Assembly (NCBI GenBank): GCA_964247055.1
Contig: OZ176056.1
Span: forward strand, 9,300,001-9,364,000
Direction: 5' to 3'
DNA from: Paragordius varius
Lineage: Eukaryota > Animalia > Nematomorpha
DNA length: 64,000 nt
Below are positions 37,857-52,000 of the stretch, one piece after another. The notes beneath the pieces are model-generated. The model searched no databases. It worked only from the letters and a program-made list of their open reading frames with translations, and was not told the DNA's origin. Every line of letters starts with the position of its first letter. The stretch's first letter is position 1. The position numbers and the translations under genes are program-made.

Positions 37857-40667
37857 TCATGAAACTATATTTAAAACTATATTAAAATAAATATGGGTTA
37901 TCGGCGGTTTAAACTGCAAAATAATACGTTTGATTAATACTTTTACAGATTAACCCTTTTTAATGATCTATCGTGGAAACTACGAATAAATTTTATTTAT
38001 TACGGCTAATAGATTTAATATATACCTAATCGAATGTGTTGGGGTTTTGTTTTCCATCATTCTACATTGTGCTTTTGTTGATGAAAAATCTCTCTCCGAT
38101 GTTTCAATATTAATCCATCATTTATTTGATTGAACCAAGTTTAAATTGAGAAATATTAGGATGAGTTGTTGTAAACATTAATCAATATCAAATTTAGTAA
38201 TTTATTATCACTAACCTACGGATAGGAATCTAACTTGATTTTATTGTAACGGTCTACACAGATTATCGTATTATTGTGCTTTACATCCACTGATCCGAAG
38301 CCGCCAATTTAAGATAGATGTTTAAGGTTTTGTTATACGAGCAAATTGCAAGCAGATTGTGCCGGTCGGTTTATTGTAAAATTTAAATTGGTTTGTAGAA
38401 ATATGAGACCTATACACTAGGTGGATATTTTGAAAAAAGTCCATTTTCGTATAAGATATTATCTTTTTAATAATTTTCGCTAGTTGGAAATGATTTTTTT
38501 ACATTTTCACACATTATTTTTATACGAATCTTACAGTAATTTAAATTGCACAGACAGCATGTAAAATTAACAACCATATCTATTTTTGTATTTTTTTAAA
38601 TTTATATATCTTTAGGTTAGGGAATGGGGATTAGAGATGTAAATTGGTACTAGCTCATTTTTTTATGGGAATCATAATTTATGAACAAGTATGGTAGTCT
38701 TTTTAAAATATATTTTTTTAATTTATACTCGTTGTCTCTGTAATATTAATATTTGAGAAATAACGTTTTCTCGTTACTGAACAAATTGCAAACATTAGCA
38801 TTAATTTGATAAACAATCAATTTATTAAATTTATGTTTTTTAAATAATAACACACGAATATATAAACCACACCCATCTATTATTATTGAAAATTGGTAGG
38901 TTATGAGTGATGGTAAAAACAATAATACGTTAATCTGTTTAGTCCTTTACAGTAAAAGGAAGTAGCCAACTCTTACAATAAAACGTCCGGCAAAATCTGT
39001 TTTCAATCGATTCTCGAATCGTATAACAACATCTTTAACTCCCTCTATCTTGTTACTGAATTTCGAGCTTCATGAAGAGATATTAAACACATTTATGAGA
39101 ATCTTTTTTAATCTATACAGCAACATCTATAGCAGTACAATATTTTGCTTTTTATATAATTCCAATTTGCCTATCTCACTCTATTGTCACATATTTTATT
39201 CTATTTCGAAACAAACCAAACGAATTACAGCCATTATATTTATTTTGATACCCAATATGTATTATTGTCTTAAATAATACATATATAACCCCAAAAATGG
39301 TGTCATAACATCCTACAAAATAAAAAATAAATAATTTTAATCGTATCTAATATTCAGTTAATATTAGATATTATGATATAAATCAAGGGAGACACAACGA
39401 TCGTATACTATCTTCATTTTTTTTAACCAATTTAAAAGTTAATAGCATTTCGAATCAAAAATTCTTAAAAAATAAAATTATACAGTAGAGATATTGTAAA
39501 AACTAAAATATATGTTTTTTAACCATATTTTATTAATTTTACCATTTTGTGTTCCAAAGTACTATATATCGATTTATACACGATCACATAATACTTAAAA
39601 AGATTAATTTAGTTTATGTAATAATTTAAAAGAGTAGGTAATATTTTTAAATATTTGTTTGATTTTTGTTTAATCTGCAAAAAAATTTTTATTGTAAAAT
39701 CGTAAATAAAAATTTAAATGTGCACGAAATCCAGGGGGGTATGAAAAATACCCAATTATATATATTCTGATAAAAAAATGATAAGAATTCTACGTTGCTC
39801 ATTGTTTTAGGTCTTACCATTAGGTTGCGAAAAACGGACGGTTCCTAAAATGAATGGTTCCAACGCAAAATACCGAGAGAGCGCGACAAATATATTGAAC
39901 ACCTATAAATTAAAAAAAAATATTTTAAGAAAATTGTTTTAAACTAAGTATACGCAAAATTTGTTGAAACCGTATTGCATGCCATTTTCAAACATGAAAA
40001 CGGTTTAAATACGCTTTAATCATTATAAAAAGACTTTTTTTCATTTATATAATAATACTTAACATATCACCCCACAATTTTGATTAAAAAAATTGTTTTT
40101 AAGTTTAAGTTATTTATATATATATATAAATATTTTACAAAATTTGACCCAAATTTGGAAGCCAATAAACGTTTAATTTAAATTCTGAGAGAAGAATGTT
40201 CTCCATTGAATTATATAAAAAAGTTTTTTATCTCATAATTTGACCGAAATAGGAGAGCTTTTGTTGACGTATTGACAATTGGCATTTCAGAATTAATTTT
40301 GCTCCAAATAAGAGAGATGGGTATTTTGTCTGACATATTTGTTTGGAGATTTAAAGGATTCATTCGTTCGTCATGTATGTCCAGCTTTTCAATAATAATG
40401 TGAGAAATATTAGATCTGCTATTGGTTTTAATTTTTTATCATGCGACGACCAAATCTTATTGTATTTTTAAGGGTTAATAATTTCCCACAAAGGATGTTT
40501 TTCTTGTGAACTGGTTCCGCCAATTCCTTAAAATTTTTAATTTTATAAACTAATGCAAACAATTAATGAATATATGATTTAAATTCCAAAATTAAAATAT
40601 ATTAATTTAAATATATTATTTCTTTCAATTCCTTTGATTAATCAAAAACGTTGTTTTTTGTTTTTAG

Positions 40668-40813
40668 TATTATTATTTTACATGTTTTTCGTGAGAGCGG
40701 TCATGTTATACAACCTGTCTCGCCATGAAACTCTATCTATGGCGTCTTCTGCATTAAGCTCGTATTCTGCTAGCTCTCTTTTTACTGTATCTATCCATTT
40801 CGTTTTAGGCCGC
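40668..40813 (-). mobile_element. 5'-truncated 3' end of the RTE LINE family at 42392-45325
   Basis: Near-identical to 42420-42565 (gtgagagcggtcatgttatacaacctgtctcgccat...) and carries a short (TAA)n tail. Confidence 0.9.
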
Positions 40814-40937
40814 CTGTTTTTCGTTAATACTGATTAGTTATATTTATTGATATTATAACTTATATTAAAATACGCGTGGATCGTGATTTCTAAGAGTTTT
40901 ATTGTAATTATAGTGACTCTCTAGATATATATTCAAC

Positions 40938-42140
40938 ACTGTGTGTACAAAAAGTTAATTTTAACAAAAAATTTTTTTTTAGAGATAGCTTGTGACCAGC
41001 GAATTTATTTGCCGCAAAAATTATTATTTGTTGACAACCTAGCTTTTGAAATATTGAGAGAAAATCGAAATCGGGCCAAAAGTGAAAATTAAGAATAATT
41101 AAGGATAATTCAAAAAATAATGATAAAATCTGAAATATTATCGTTTATTATCATTTTAGGAGATATCATATATAAATAGCCTAAAATCATAGAGTTAGGG
41201 TTTCTATAAAATTTCAGGTCAAAAGATGGTGTTTTCTTTTATCACACTTAAAATACAAAACTTTTTAATGAAACTACATTAATATATTTTTTTATTTACT
41301 ACCTAATCTCACTAAAATCATAAAATCATATTTTATTCAAAAAACTTATATATCAAAATAAAACCAAAAAATGTTTTTTATTTTTACATTTTTTGTCATA
41401 TGGTTTGAGTATATAATTATACTGTTTTATTTTAGAATCTTACATGAGTGCGAATAAGTATAAATAATTTATGCGAAATAGGATTTAAAAGTAGTGGAAT
41501 ATCCACCAACAATCCGTACAAATCCCAATAAAAATATTAATTTGTTATAAAACAGACTTAATGCAGGGATTTGTAAGTGTTGGTTGAAATTCCACTGCTT
41601 TTAAATATTTTGCTTAAATTATATAATTAATAATTCCCCACTCATATAAAAACAAAATAAAACAGTATAAATTTATACACTCATAAACCAAATGACAAAA
41701 AAATGCAAAAATAAAAAACAATATTTTTGTTGTTTTGATATATAAGTAATTTTTACTGAATAAAATATGAATGTTAAGATTTAAATAGGTTTCGCTAAAT
41801 AATTAAAAAAAATCATTTTAATAAAGTTTCATTAAATTTTAATTAAATGTGTTAAAGAAAAACGCCATCTTTTGAACCAGATTTAGAAAATAAGATTTTA
41901 GTCTATTTATATTTAGAAAATATCTCCTTAAATATATGATCAACCATAATATCATAACTTTTTTATTATTTTTTAAATTATCATTTATTATCCTTAATTT
42001 TTACTTTGTGCCCGATTTAGATTTTTTCTCAATAAAAACTAGGTGGTAAACAAATTGCGGCAAATGAATACGCTGGTCATAAGCTATCTCATGAAAAGAA
42101 ATTTTTTTATAAATATATAATTAAACAAGTATACACACCA
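40938..42140. repeat. Old ~1.2-kb foldback / imperfect palindrome
   Basis: For example gagatagcttgtgaccagcgaatttatttgccgcaa (~40982) versus ttgcggcaaatgaatacgctggtcataagctatctc (~42055). The inverted match continues inward to ~41530/41565. Confidence 0.8.
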
Positions 42141-42391
42141 AATATTATTAAATTTTGTATTGGTTAAATACCCAGTATTATTTATTAAAAATATATTTTG
42201 GGAATTTTAATAGATTGATTAAAAAATTAAATTTCATATATAGAAAATGGAGTAGAATTGGCTCAATTGGAATCGCGTAGTTAGGATTAATCTTTGGACA
42301 AAAAGTACTTGATTTATCAAGTGTAATTTTTAAATTTGGAAAATTATTTTGTAACAATATTTTACCTTATCTTCTTGGAAATTGGGTTATG

Positions 42392-45325
42392 TTTTTATTT
42401 TATTTATTATTATTATTATTACATTACATGTTTTCACTCGTGAGAGCGGTCATGTTATACAACCTGTCTCGCCATAGAACTCTATCTATGGCGTCCTCTG
42501 CATTAAGCTCGTATTCTGCTAGCTCTCTTTTTACTGTACCTATCCATTTTGTTTTAGGTCGCCCACGTCCTCGTTTTCCCTCAACTATATGACTATCTAT
42601 CTCTCCTTTCAATGTGCCCGAACCAACGTAGCCTATTTTTTGACATTCTTTCCACTATTGGTTTAATATCTGTGCTCCCACGAATAAATCTATTCTCGAT
42701 TCTGTCCTTTCTAGTTACCCCACACATCATTCTGAGCATTTTCATTTCAGTCACGTTAAATTGTCTTTCTTCGGATTTTTTGACACCCCATGTCTGTGAA
42801 TTATACATCATTGAGGGCTGGACAACTGAACTGTAAATCTTAGCTTTCACTCTAACATCAATATTTCGATCGCATAATACGCTCGAAATTTTCTTCCAAT
42901 TTACCCAGCCGCTCTTTATTCTTAAATTAATATCGTCAGTTAACGAACCATCTGCACTTAACATAGCTCCCAGATATTTGCAACTTTCTTTACCCTTCAG
43001 AACCCAACTATCATCAACTACCATTTCATGTTGTGGACCCCCAAAAGTAATAAGTTCGGTTTTTGCTTTGTTTACTTTCAGACCATATTGATCCAGCATA
43101 ACAACCCATCTGTTTACCGTTCGCTTTAACTCAATTAATGAATCAGACAAGATGATTATGTCATCTGGATACATTAAGTACCATCCTGAACTCACATTAA
43201 CAACCTTGGCTACCTCGTCCATACAAATTATAAACAATAAGGGGCTGAGTGATGAGCCTTGGTAGACTCCATGCTTTATTGAAAATGGCTCTGATAAACC
43301 TTGTGAAGTTTTAATCCTGGAGGTGTGTGATTCGTACATTATTTGTAACAACTTAATATAACTTTCCGGCACCTTTTTACGACGGAGACTCCACCAAATA
43401 GTTTCTCTAGGAATCCTGTCAAACGCCTTCTCTATATCAATCAAAACCCCGTGTAATTCTTTCTTTTTTTCAATGTGTTTTTCAATCAACCTCCTAACCG
43501 CATGTATAGGATCTACTGTTGACTTTCCTGGCATGAAACCAAATTGATTTCCTTCTATAGATATCATTTTCCTGATTCGCTTTTCAATTATTTTTTCAAA
43601 CAATTTCATAGTGTGCGACATAAGTTTTATCCCTCTATAGTTACTCCATTCATTTATATCACCTTTTCCTTTAAATAAAGGCACAGTTAAACTTTCCTTC
43701 CATTCAACCGGATTTCATACGTTGAAACAAAAATACACGCTCCAAAAAATTTAATCCAGAATTTCCAAGCACTTTCCAACAATTTATATTTATGTCGTCC
43801 GATCCTACAGCTTTGTTGTTTGGCATTTCTAACAAATTAGATTCTACTTCCTTTTGTGTAATTGCTTCTATTGGTCTATCAGTAGCTTCAACTGTATTTG
43901 GCAAAAATATCTCGCCTACCCCTTCATCTAAACTCACAAAGTACTCTTTCCATCTTTTTAATATTTCTACATTTTCGCACAGCAAGCTTCCATCTTTTCC
44001 TTTTATTGCAGTCGCATAACCTGGCAAATCCATCCTGCGTTTATTCCTTTGCTGCGCAACTTTATACACTTTGTTTAAACCTTGCTTACTATTTAACTCA
44101 TCATAAAATAAATTCATTTTTTCTTTCTTAACCTGACCGACTAATTTTTTCAATTCCTTATTTAAACTACTTATCTCTATCATCATCATTCCTTGTATGT
44201 CTCCATTTGTCAAAAGCCTTACCTTTTTCTCGTGACATCAATATTATTCTTTCATCGTAAAGCCAAGCCTCTCTGTATACTTGAGATTTTCCGCCTTTTA
44301 ATCCACAAACTAGAGTTCCTGCCTTTTTGATTAACTGACTTACTTTATCCCAATCACCATTTAACCCACCATCCTCGGATAACCGTATTTCTTTTATAAA
44401 AGCCTGCCTTTTTTCGGATAATTTCTCCCACTTAATACTTTTTAATCTCTTTGAATTAGAACCACTTTGTTTAGATTTTTCTTTCACGAAAAATTTACAA
44501 ATAAGTAAATTATGTTGTAAACTAACCTCTAAGTTTGGCACGACCTTACAATCTATTACAAGCTTCAATAAGTCTCTTGGAACAAGTATAAAATCTATTT
44601 GAGATTTGTTTATGCCGCTCTTAAAAGTTACTAGATGACTCTCTCTTTTTTCGAAAAACGTGTTCGCTATCGCCAAATTGTGAGATTGTGCAAATCTGAG
44701 CAAATTAATTCCTTCCTCGTTTCTTTCTCCATAAGAATGTCCCCCGTGCCATATTTCAAAAGATTCCCTTTTTGAACCAAGATGACCATTAAAATCCCCA
44801 CATAAAAACTTGACTCTGAGCTGAGGGAGAGCGACTATTTTTTCATCTAGAGTCTCGTAAAATTGCTCCTTTTCTTGTTTCGGTAAACCTATTTGGGGGG
44901 CATATATACTAAATACCGTTATGACCTCGTTACCTACCAAAATATCTAAATTCATGATTCGGCTGTTATAGCGTCTTACTTCTTTAACCTGATTGGACAA
45001 TTTGGGATTAATGATAATTGCCCCTCCATTTCGTCCGCCACTTTCACCTGAGTAATATAGTCAATAATTCTCTTCCAAAGTCTTTGCTCCGTTTCCGCGG
45101 TAACGAGTCTCTTGTAATGCCAAAATATCAATATGTTTAACTTTCATTATTCTCACAATATCATTTAACTTACTTTTCAATGAACCAACATTTAAACTAG
45201 CAAAATACAGGCATCCCGTATTCCTTTGCATTCTCTTTGTATTATTGGCCACAACACCAAAACCGCGGCTGGCCAGGCCTGACCGGTTATTACTATACAC
45301 ATCAATATTCATTTGACAGCTTTAA
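42392..45325 (-). mobile_element. RTE-clade non-LTR retrotransposon, near full length with stops and frameshifts
   Basis: APE endonuclease (SLNVGSL, LALQETR, CGDFNGH, SQIDFIL) and RT (YRGIKL, DIEKAFD, QGSSLSP, MYPDD). The C-terminus LRWFGHI..RGRGRPK..W is followed by a (TAA)n tail at 42392-42420. Confidence 0.95.
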
Positions 45326-45782
45326 ACAAACAAAATAAAAATAATAAAATTGAAGTGTCGAACTAATTATGACAAATTGATAGATGTTAAAAAAAAACCT
45401 AGGCTATAGGTAAAAACGGAAATTATATTTCGCAATAAAAAATTTAAAGCAAAATTTATGTATAAAACAATATAAATCAAGGGTTATTTTATGTGTCATA
45501 GTAAAAAATAAAATAAATAGTGCTACAATACTTATCCAAGAATACAATCTATATATTTTAGAGAATATTAATAGGCAAATTATAGGAAAAGGCCAACGGT
45601 AAGTCCTACGTCCAAAAACAAAAATGGGAATAGGTATGTTTTAACAAAATTTAAAGTATAGGATAAGTGATAAAAGATAGAATAAACTTTGAAGATAAAT
45701 AGATATAATATAAAATAAATAAGAATTTAGAATTTTTCGTTTGTGTAGTGGTCGAACGCGCGCGCGTAACAAACCTGCAGCT

Positions 45783-46154
45783 AAAATTGTCATTCAATAA
45801 TTGTGTTTTTATAAAAAATAATATCCTAATATTACGCTAATAATGGTTAAAAGTTATTTTTATATTCTTGTTTTGATATTTATCATCAAAAATAAAACCG
45901 TTTTTATTGACTGGGAAAACGTTTTTATTGATTGGGAAAATGTTTTTATTGACTGGGAAAATGTTTCGATTGACTGGGTAAATGTTTCGATTGACTGGAA
46001 AAATGTTTCGATTGACTGGAAAAATGTTTCGATTGACTGGAAAAACGTTTCGATTGACTGGGAAAATGTTTCGATTGACTGGGAAAACGTTTCGATTGAT
46101 TGGGAAAATGTTTCGATTGACTGGAAAAACGTTTATTTAGACTTGGAAAAGGTA
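45783..46154 (+). repeat. Truncated right arm of foldback family B (21-bp repeats)
   Basis: About 11 copies of ttgactgggaaaatgtttcga preceded by the same ~120-bp flank as 47719-47840. It ends GGAAAAGGTA|TA. Confidence 0.8.
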
Positions 46155-46467
46155 TATATAGGTAAAACTAAAGGTATAACAAAATAAATTAAAAAATATT
46201 GTAATTAAGTTATAGGCAAAATTTTGGAAATTCCCATCAAATATTGATAAAAAAATCATAATTCAACGCTAAAATTTTACTAGCCATTAATTTAAAACAA
46301 AAAACGTTTGTTAATAAATTGGATTAAATAATAAAATCTTATCTCTAATTTTAAAAAAGTGTTGCTTTTGCACAAAAAATGCTGTTTTTGCTTAAAAATA
46401 TTGCGTTTGCTTAAAAATTGTTTTTTTAACTGAAACTGGTATAACAGATCTAAAATTATTCAATATA

Positions 46468-48004
46468 TACCATTTCCCAGTCAATATAAACGTTTTCCCA
46501 GTCAATCGAAACATTTTCCCATTCAATCGAAACGTTTTCCCATTCAATCGAAACGTTTTCCCAGTCAATAGAAACATTTTCCCAGTCAATCGAAACGTTC
46601 TCCAGTCAATCGAAACATTTTCCCAGTCAATAGAAACATTTTCCCAGTCAATCGAAACGTTTTCCAGTCAATCGGAACATTTTCCCAGTCAATAGAAACA
46701 TTTTCCCAGTCAATCGAAACATTTTCCCAGTCAATAAAAACATTTTCCCAATCAATAAAAACGTTTTCCCAGTCAATAAAAACGGTTTTATTTTTGATGA
46801 TAAATATCAAAATAAGATATAAAAATAACTTTTAAACATTTTCAGCGTAATATTAGGATATTTTTATTCATAAAAACACAATTATTGAATGACAGTTTTT
46901 CCAATTACATTCCATTGCACAACCATTAAAGACTTATTCTTTAAAAGTTATATTTTTGAAATTTGAGATCTTTTTAAGATAATATTTTTATTTTATTGAT
47001 GGTTCGCATTAATATTTGCCGAACGCTTAAAAAAATTTTTAAACAATTTTTAAACATGTCAGGTTTTTCCATAAAAATACTCGGAAAAAATATTTAAACA
47101 AAAATTTTTTTCCATAAAAATGTTTTTGATTAAAAATATTTAATAAAAAGATATATGACTGTAACAGGGGTGTCTAACCAAATGACTTCGCGGGCCGCAT
47201 TACTCAAAAAATTCGGCGTTCCGCATTCGATATATATACGGACATTCATAAATAATTTTTCGATTAGACATAAGATTGTAAAAAACAAAAATATGACAAT
47301 TTTTTTTTAATTCGTTACCAATTTAATAGACCCATTCATAATAATTGCATAAGATATGGATTTTACCAAGATTGTGGGCATATTTTTGCATATGGATTTT
47401 TAAATTTTTCGAGGACCGCATAAAGATACTTGGGAGGCCGCGTTGGGGACTCTATGGACCAAATGAAAAATATAATAAAATAAGGGTAAAATTTATGTTT
47501 AAGATCCAATATAAAGTGCTAAATAACCTTTGAGACAAAAATGGTATATTATTTTTAAATTTTAATATTTCATCCGTAACTATAGATTATGTAAGTTAGC
47601 CGCAAATAATGCGAACCATCAATAAAATAAAAAATATTATCTTAAAAACATCTCAAATTCCAAAAATATAACTTTTATAGAATAAGTCATTAACGATTGT
47701 GCACTGGAATATACTTGGAAAATTGTCATTCAATAATTGTGTTTTTATAAAAAATAATATCCTAATATTAGGCTGATAATGGTTAAAAGTTTTTTTATAT
47801 CTTTTTTTGATATTTATGATCAAAAATAAAACCGTTTTTATTGACTGGGAAAACGTTTTTATTGATTGGGAAAATGTTTCGATTGACTGGGAAAATGTTT
47901 CGATTGACTGGGAAAACGTTTCGATTGACTGGGAAAACGTTTCGAATGACTGGGAAAACGTTTATTTTGACTGGGAAAACGTTTATTTTGACTGGGAAAT
48001 GATA
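46468..48004. mobile_element. Foldback MITE (family B) with 21-bp subterminal tandem repeats and a TA target duplication
   Basis: TA|TACCATTTCCCAGTCAAT... and ...GACTGGGAAATGATA|TA. Arms 46468-47010 and 47607-48004 are inverted copies, with about 14 versus 8 repeat units. Confidence 0.8.
47165..47456. mobile_element. Possible hAT-Charlie (MER30-like) MITE in the foldback spacer
   Basis: Start CAGGGGTGTCTAACC...CGCGGGCCGCA resembles hAT-Charlie MITE termini. The right end (ggccgcgttggggac) is degenerate and no clear target duplication was seen. Confidence 0.4.
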
Positions 48005-48504
48005 TACAAAACAATATTTTAATTAATTTTTAAATGTGGGATGCGGACTCACCTTTTTAGATACCATAAAGATAGGCCAGTAAATAAACGAAAAAGTTTC
48101 TTAATAAATTTTTTTAGTGCTCAATATTACATCTCAAATTATATTAGAGATGTTTACTCTGCTAAAATTTCTAAAAGTATTGTGTATTGGTATCATTTAA
48201 AGAATTCTATCTATACGATTTGGTCGTGTTAAAACATTTTCGGTAAATACATATTTTAATATATGATTTCATTTTAAACGCTTACTTTCAACTTTTATAA
48301 TTCAACCACAATAATGTTTATTTTTTTATATATTTGTTAACGAACTAGTTCGAACAAAAAATAACCTTTTTTGCTTATAAATCAGTTTTATATTGATTTT
48401 AGCTATATAGTTGCCCTTCTACAAAATTAAAGTTTTTTTGCTAAATAGGGCTGAGAAATAGAATTTTACATTACCTATATTTTTATATATATATTACTTG
48501 TAAC

Positions 48505-49061
48505 ATGAATACAGTCAGAAAGGGATATGACATACCTGATTTGTTAAGAATGGCTGGCTATACTCAAATTAATACTTATTGTGTTAAGTTTTGGGATTAT
48601 GGACAATCCTTGAATGAGCCTCGATTGGGTATTTTTTTTTTCGCTCTATGATATGTTTGCAATCCTAAAAAATTGTTACTAAGGTTTTATGACAATTCTG
48701 GTTTGTTCGTTCACACATTTGCAATGGATAACATCATACTAACCGCATTTCAAATTTAATTTAGGTTAAATTGTTCCCAAAAAAATGTAATCAACAATTT
48801 TGAAACGATCAAATGAGTTTAATAAATGACAGACTATTATTAAATTTAAATATATGTTATATGTATAATTTTTAAAAGGCCTTGGATGCAATGTTTTAGA
48901 TATATCCGAAGGTTTGGATAATCAAACGGATATATTAGCATCATTAGAAATTGATAATCTCCAAATAAACGCTAAAGAAGATAGAGATATGAGTAAAGAA
49001 TCGAGCCTAGAAAATTTGATTAATGGGGATTGCATGTCAGATAATTGTGAAAAAGAAAACG
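48505..49061 (+). CDS. Putative exons of an unidentified gene
   Basis: An open, GC-enriched exon 48505-48628 (MNTVRKGYDIPDLLRMAGY...EPRL) has a phase-1 GT donor. A phase-compatible exon ~48879/48900-49061 (acidic, DISEGLDNQTDILASLEIDN...) follows. No recognisable domain. Confidence 0.35.
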
Positions 49062-52000
49062 GTATTTTTCAATCAAGAATTCTCATTTTATATTAATATT
49101 TTACAGTGAAAAGTGATATTATATATACAAAACGTTAAAATAAAAAGCAACCAAAATTTGTTTTTTAAATATAACTCATTTTAAAATAGAAGAGATGTAT
49201 TTTGGCAATACAATCAAATATAAAATTTACCTTGGAATTCATAATAGGGTTCAATTAAATATGGTTGTCTTTTGAAAAAAATATTTGTTTTTATAATTAC
49301 TTTTATAATTTAAATAATTATCTTTTTGTTTGGTTAACAACATATGTAAATGGATTGAGTACAATATAATATCAATTCGAATGGATTTAGATATGAACAA
49401 TTATACCGATTCAGATTCTCCAATTGACAGCAAACTATCTTTTAAGCCATATTTCAATGGTAATTTATTTGTTTAATTAATTAACACAAGTGTACAATAT
49501 TAAATGAGACTTTTTAAAGCAATATTTGTCATCGCTTTTTTCAGCAACTTAATTAATCTTTGAGTTGTGATTAACACTTGGATACAACGCATTCATTTAG
49601 TCCTTAGATTCAATATGGGGTAGTTGGATACCCCAGGCTTGTTTAAAATTAATATTTTAAAAAATATGTAAATTGAAATTGCGAAAGTTTGCACTTATAC
49701 ATTATTACTGAACCTAAATATAATAAAAAATTATTCATATTACTTATTCAGAGGCAAAAGTCAAAGGTAAAGATTTATCCAACATGACCTGTGTGCATAA
49801 GCTAAAGGTAAAAATAATGCAAAATATACCACTTTTTCTGTTTGTATTAATGTTAAATGTGATTTTAATAAAAAAGTGAACTTAATTTTAGGCTTATCAA
49901 ATAAACATGATATATTGCAAAAATGTTGTGTTAAAAATGGCGTCCAAATAGTTTGATAACGGAACTTTTTCCCCAAATCTAAATTTTAATTTAATATTTT
50001 GGTTTATTTATATAATTTTTATTTTATAGGAGCATAAATTTAAATTGGAACCGTTTCTTTCAGTAGTTTTTAAAAATTTCAATTTATATATTGTCTGGGG
50101 TATTTATATACCCCAATTTAAATCGAAGTGTTAAATGGTATGTTAGCCTTTATATTAAGTAATCATTTTTGTTTGTTTTTCAATGGCCATTTGACATCTT
50201 ATTTACATTTTTTCCGTTATTTCGATGATAATATATATTTAATTTTTTAATTCAAGTCACCACAGAAAATATTGATGGAAAAATATCGTCAACTCGAGGA
50301 ACATGATGATCAATAGATATTTTTTCTAAATTAATAAATTTTGTGGTATAATAAATTAAAGCAGTATAAAATCTATGTTTGAAGAATAACATTTAAAGTA
50401 GCAAGGACAATATTTTCTAATAAATACACCGTGCTTAGAGCCCACGTTTAAATTTTTGATCGTAATTTAATATTTTCGTTTAATTTATATGCAGTACTAA
50501 TTAAAGGTATACAGATAAAAAATAAAAGAAAACAGCCAAATGTTTAAACCTTTATTTTTTATATACCAAAATGATTACTATTGTCAAAAGTTGAGAGTGT
50601 CACCAATTACAATTCCATTCCTCTTTGCGCACAAAGCTATTTGGAAAAAATTTTCGTTTTTTATCTTGAGAATTTCTAAGTTTAGCATTCCTGATAATAA
50701 TAATTTCATTAGAATAATTATTTTTCTTAATTGAACTATTATCCTATCCTACCGTTCCAGATTATAATACAGAGCGAACGGTTGAAATTAAAAATATTAA
50801 AATTATAGTATAGGAAAAACAGAGTATTAAGCGTAACCGTTTTAGGGGCCGGTTCCAAGCCAGTTTTTTTCTGATTTCGGTTCCTGTTCCGTTTTTTTAA
50901 TAAAAATTTTTTAATTCCAAAACAGTTTTACTATATTTACTTCAAAAATCTTAATTTTTCTTTTTTTTGAGGCAGCAGATAAACAAATTATATAAGTTAA
51001 TATGTGTTTAAACGTAACTCTAGTTCACTTATCAATATAGATTTACAAAATATACTGGATGGCCGCCATATGTTAAAATGCTTTTGTTCATTGGTTCATT
51101 TTGTATATTAAATAAACATGTATATAGATGTATCAAAATTAACATAAGTCGAATTTGTCCTCTAATGGATATCGAATAATGAAAAAATATTTTAAATTCA
51201 AGAAGAAGAGAATAAAGTTGCAATTGAGCAGCAAAAAATGGTTGTAAGGGAAACAAAAAAAGAAAAAATAATTCTTATAATATAAATTTAAAATTTTTTA
51301 ACATAATGGGTGGCATTGAGCAAGTAATATATAAATCTGAAAGAAAAACATAATTTTTATAAAGATTTTATTCTTATATCTGGCACTTTGGTGATTTAAA
51401 GTAAATAGAAGGTAGGTTCCATGAATGATATAACTGGCTGAGGTTAAGAAAGGTAGGCGCTTAGATGCTATGAAGTTGGTTAGATTTATATATTAATATT
51501 ACTAAAGGAGAATTCTGATCAAGAAAGTTTACTAACACTGATAAGTGGGTGATTTTTTATATTTATTTATAATAATTAATAAATTTTTTAGAATAAAATT
51601 ATTTTTTTTTCAAAATCCGACACCACTTAACTATGCGGTGCATCTGCCCCCCCCCCCCCCCCCAAGCCACGTTTAAAACGGGAGTGATTTTAAAACTGTA
51701 ACCATTACATGTAAATGCATATTGATTTTTATTCAAAGGTAAAAATAAATAATTTTTAACACATCATACAATCATTTCGGAAAATATAATTTTATACATA
51801 ATATATTTATTAAAAATAATAAAATAAATTGTTTTGCGACATCATACATTCTTAAAAACAAAGTTATACGGCATGCGAAGTAGAGGCTAGAGTTTTTCAA
51901 ATTAATTTTTTATATGAGTTTATAAAAATGCACTAAAGCACGGGTCGCCAACCTAGGGCTCTGAGTCAATTGATTTGCTATCTGAAAATGCTAAACATGT

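Noticed and set aside
45230-45330. HDV-like ribozyme at the RTE 5' end
   Set aside because: A GC-rich hairpin is present, but I could not fit the nested double pseudoknot or a conserved L3/J4-2.
45843-48022. ORFs with (IDWENVS)n heptad repeats
   Set aside because: They result from the 21-bp DNA repeat in inverted non-coding arms, with no splice or domain support.
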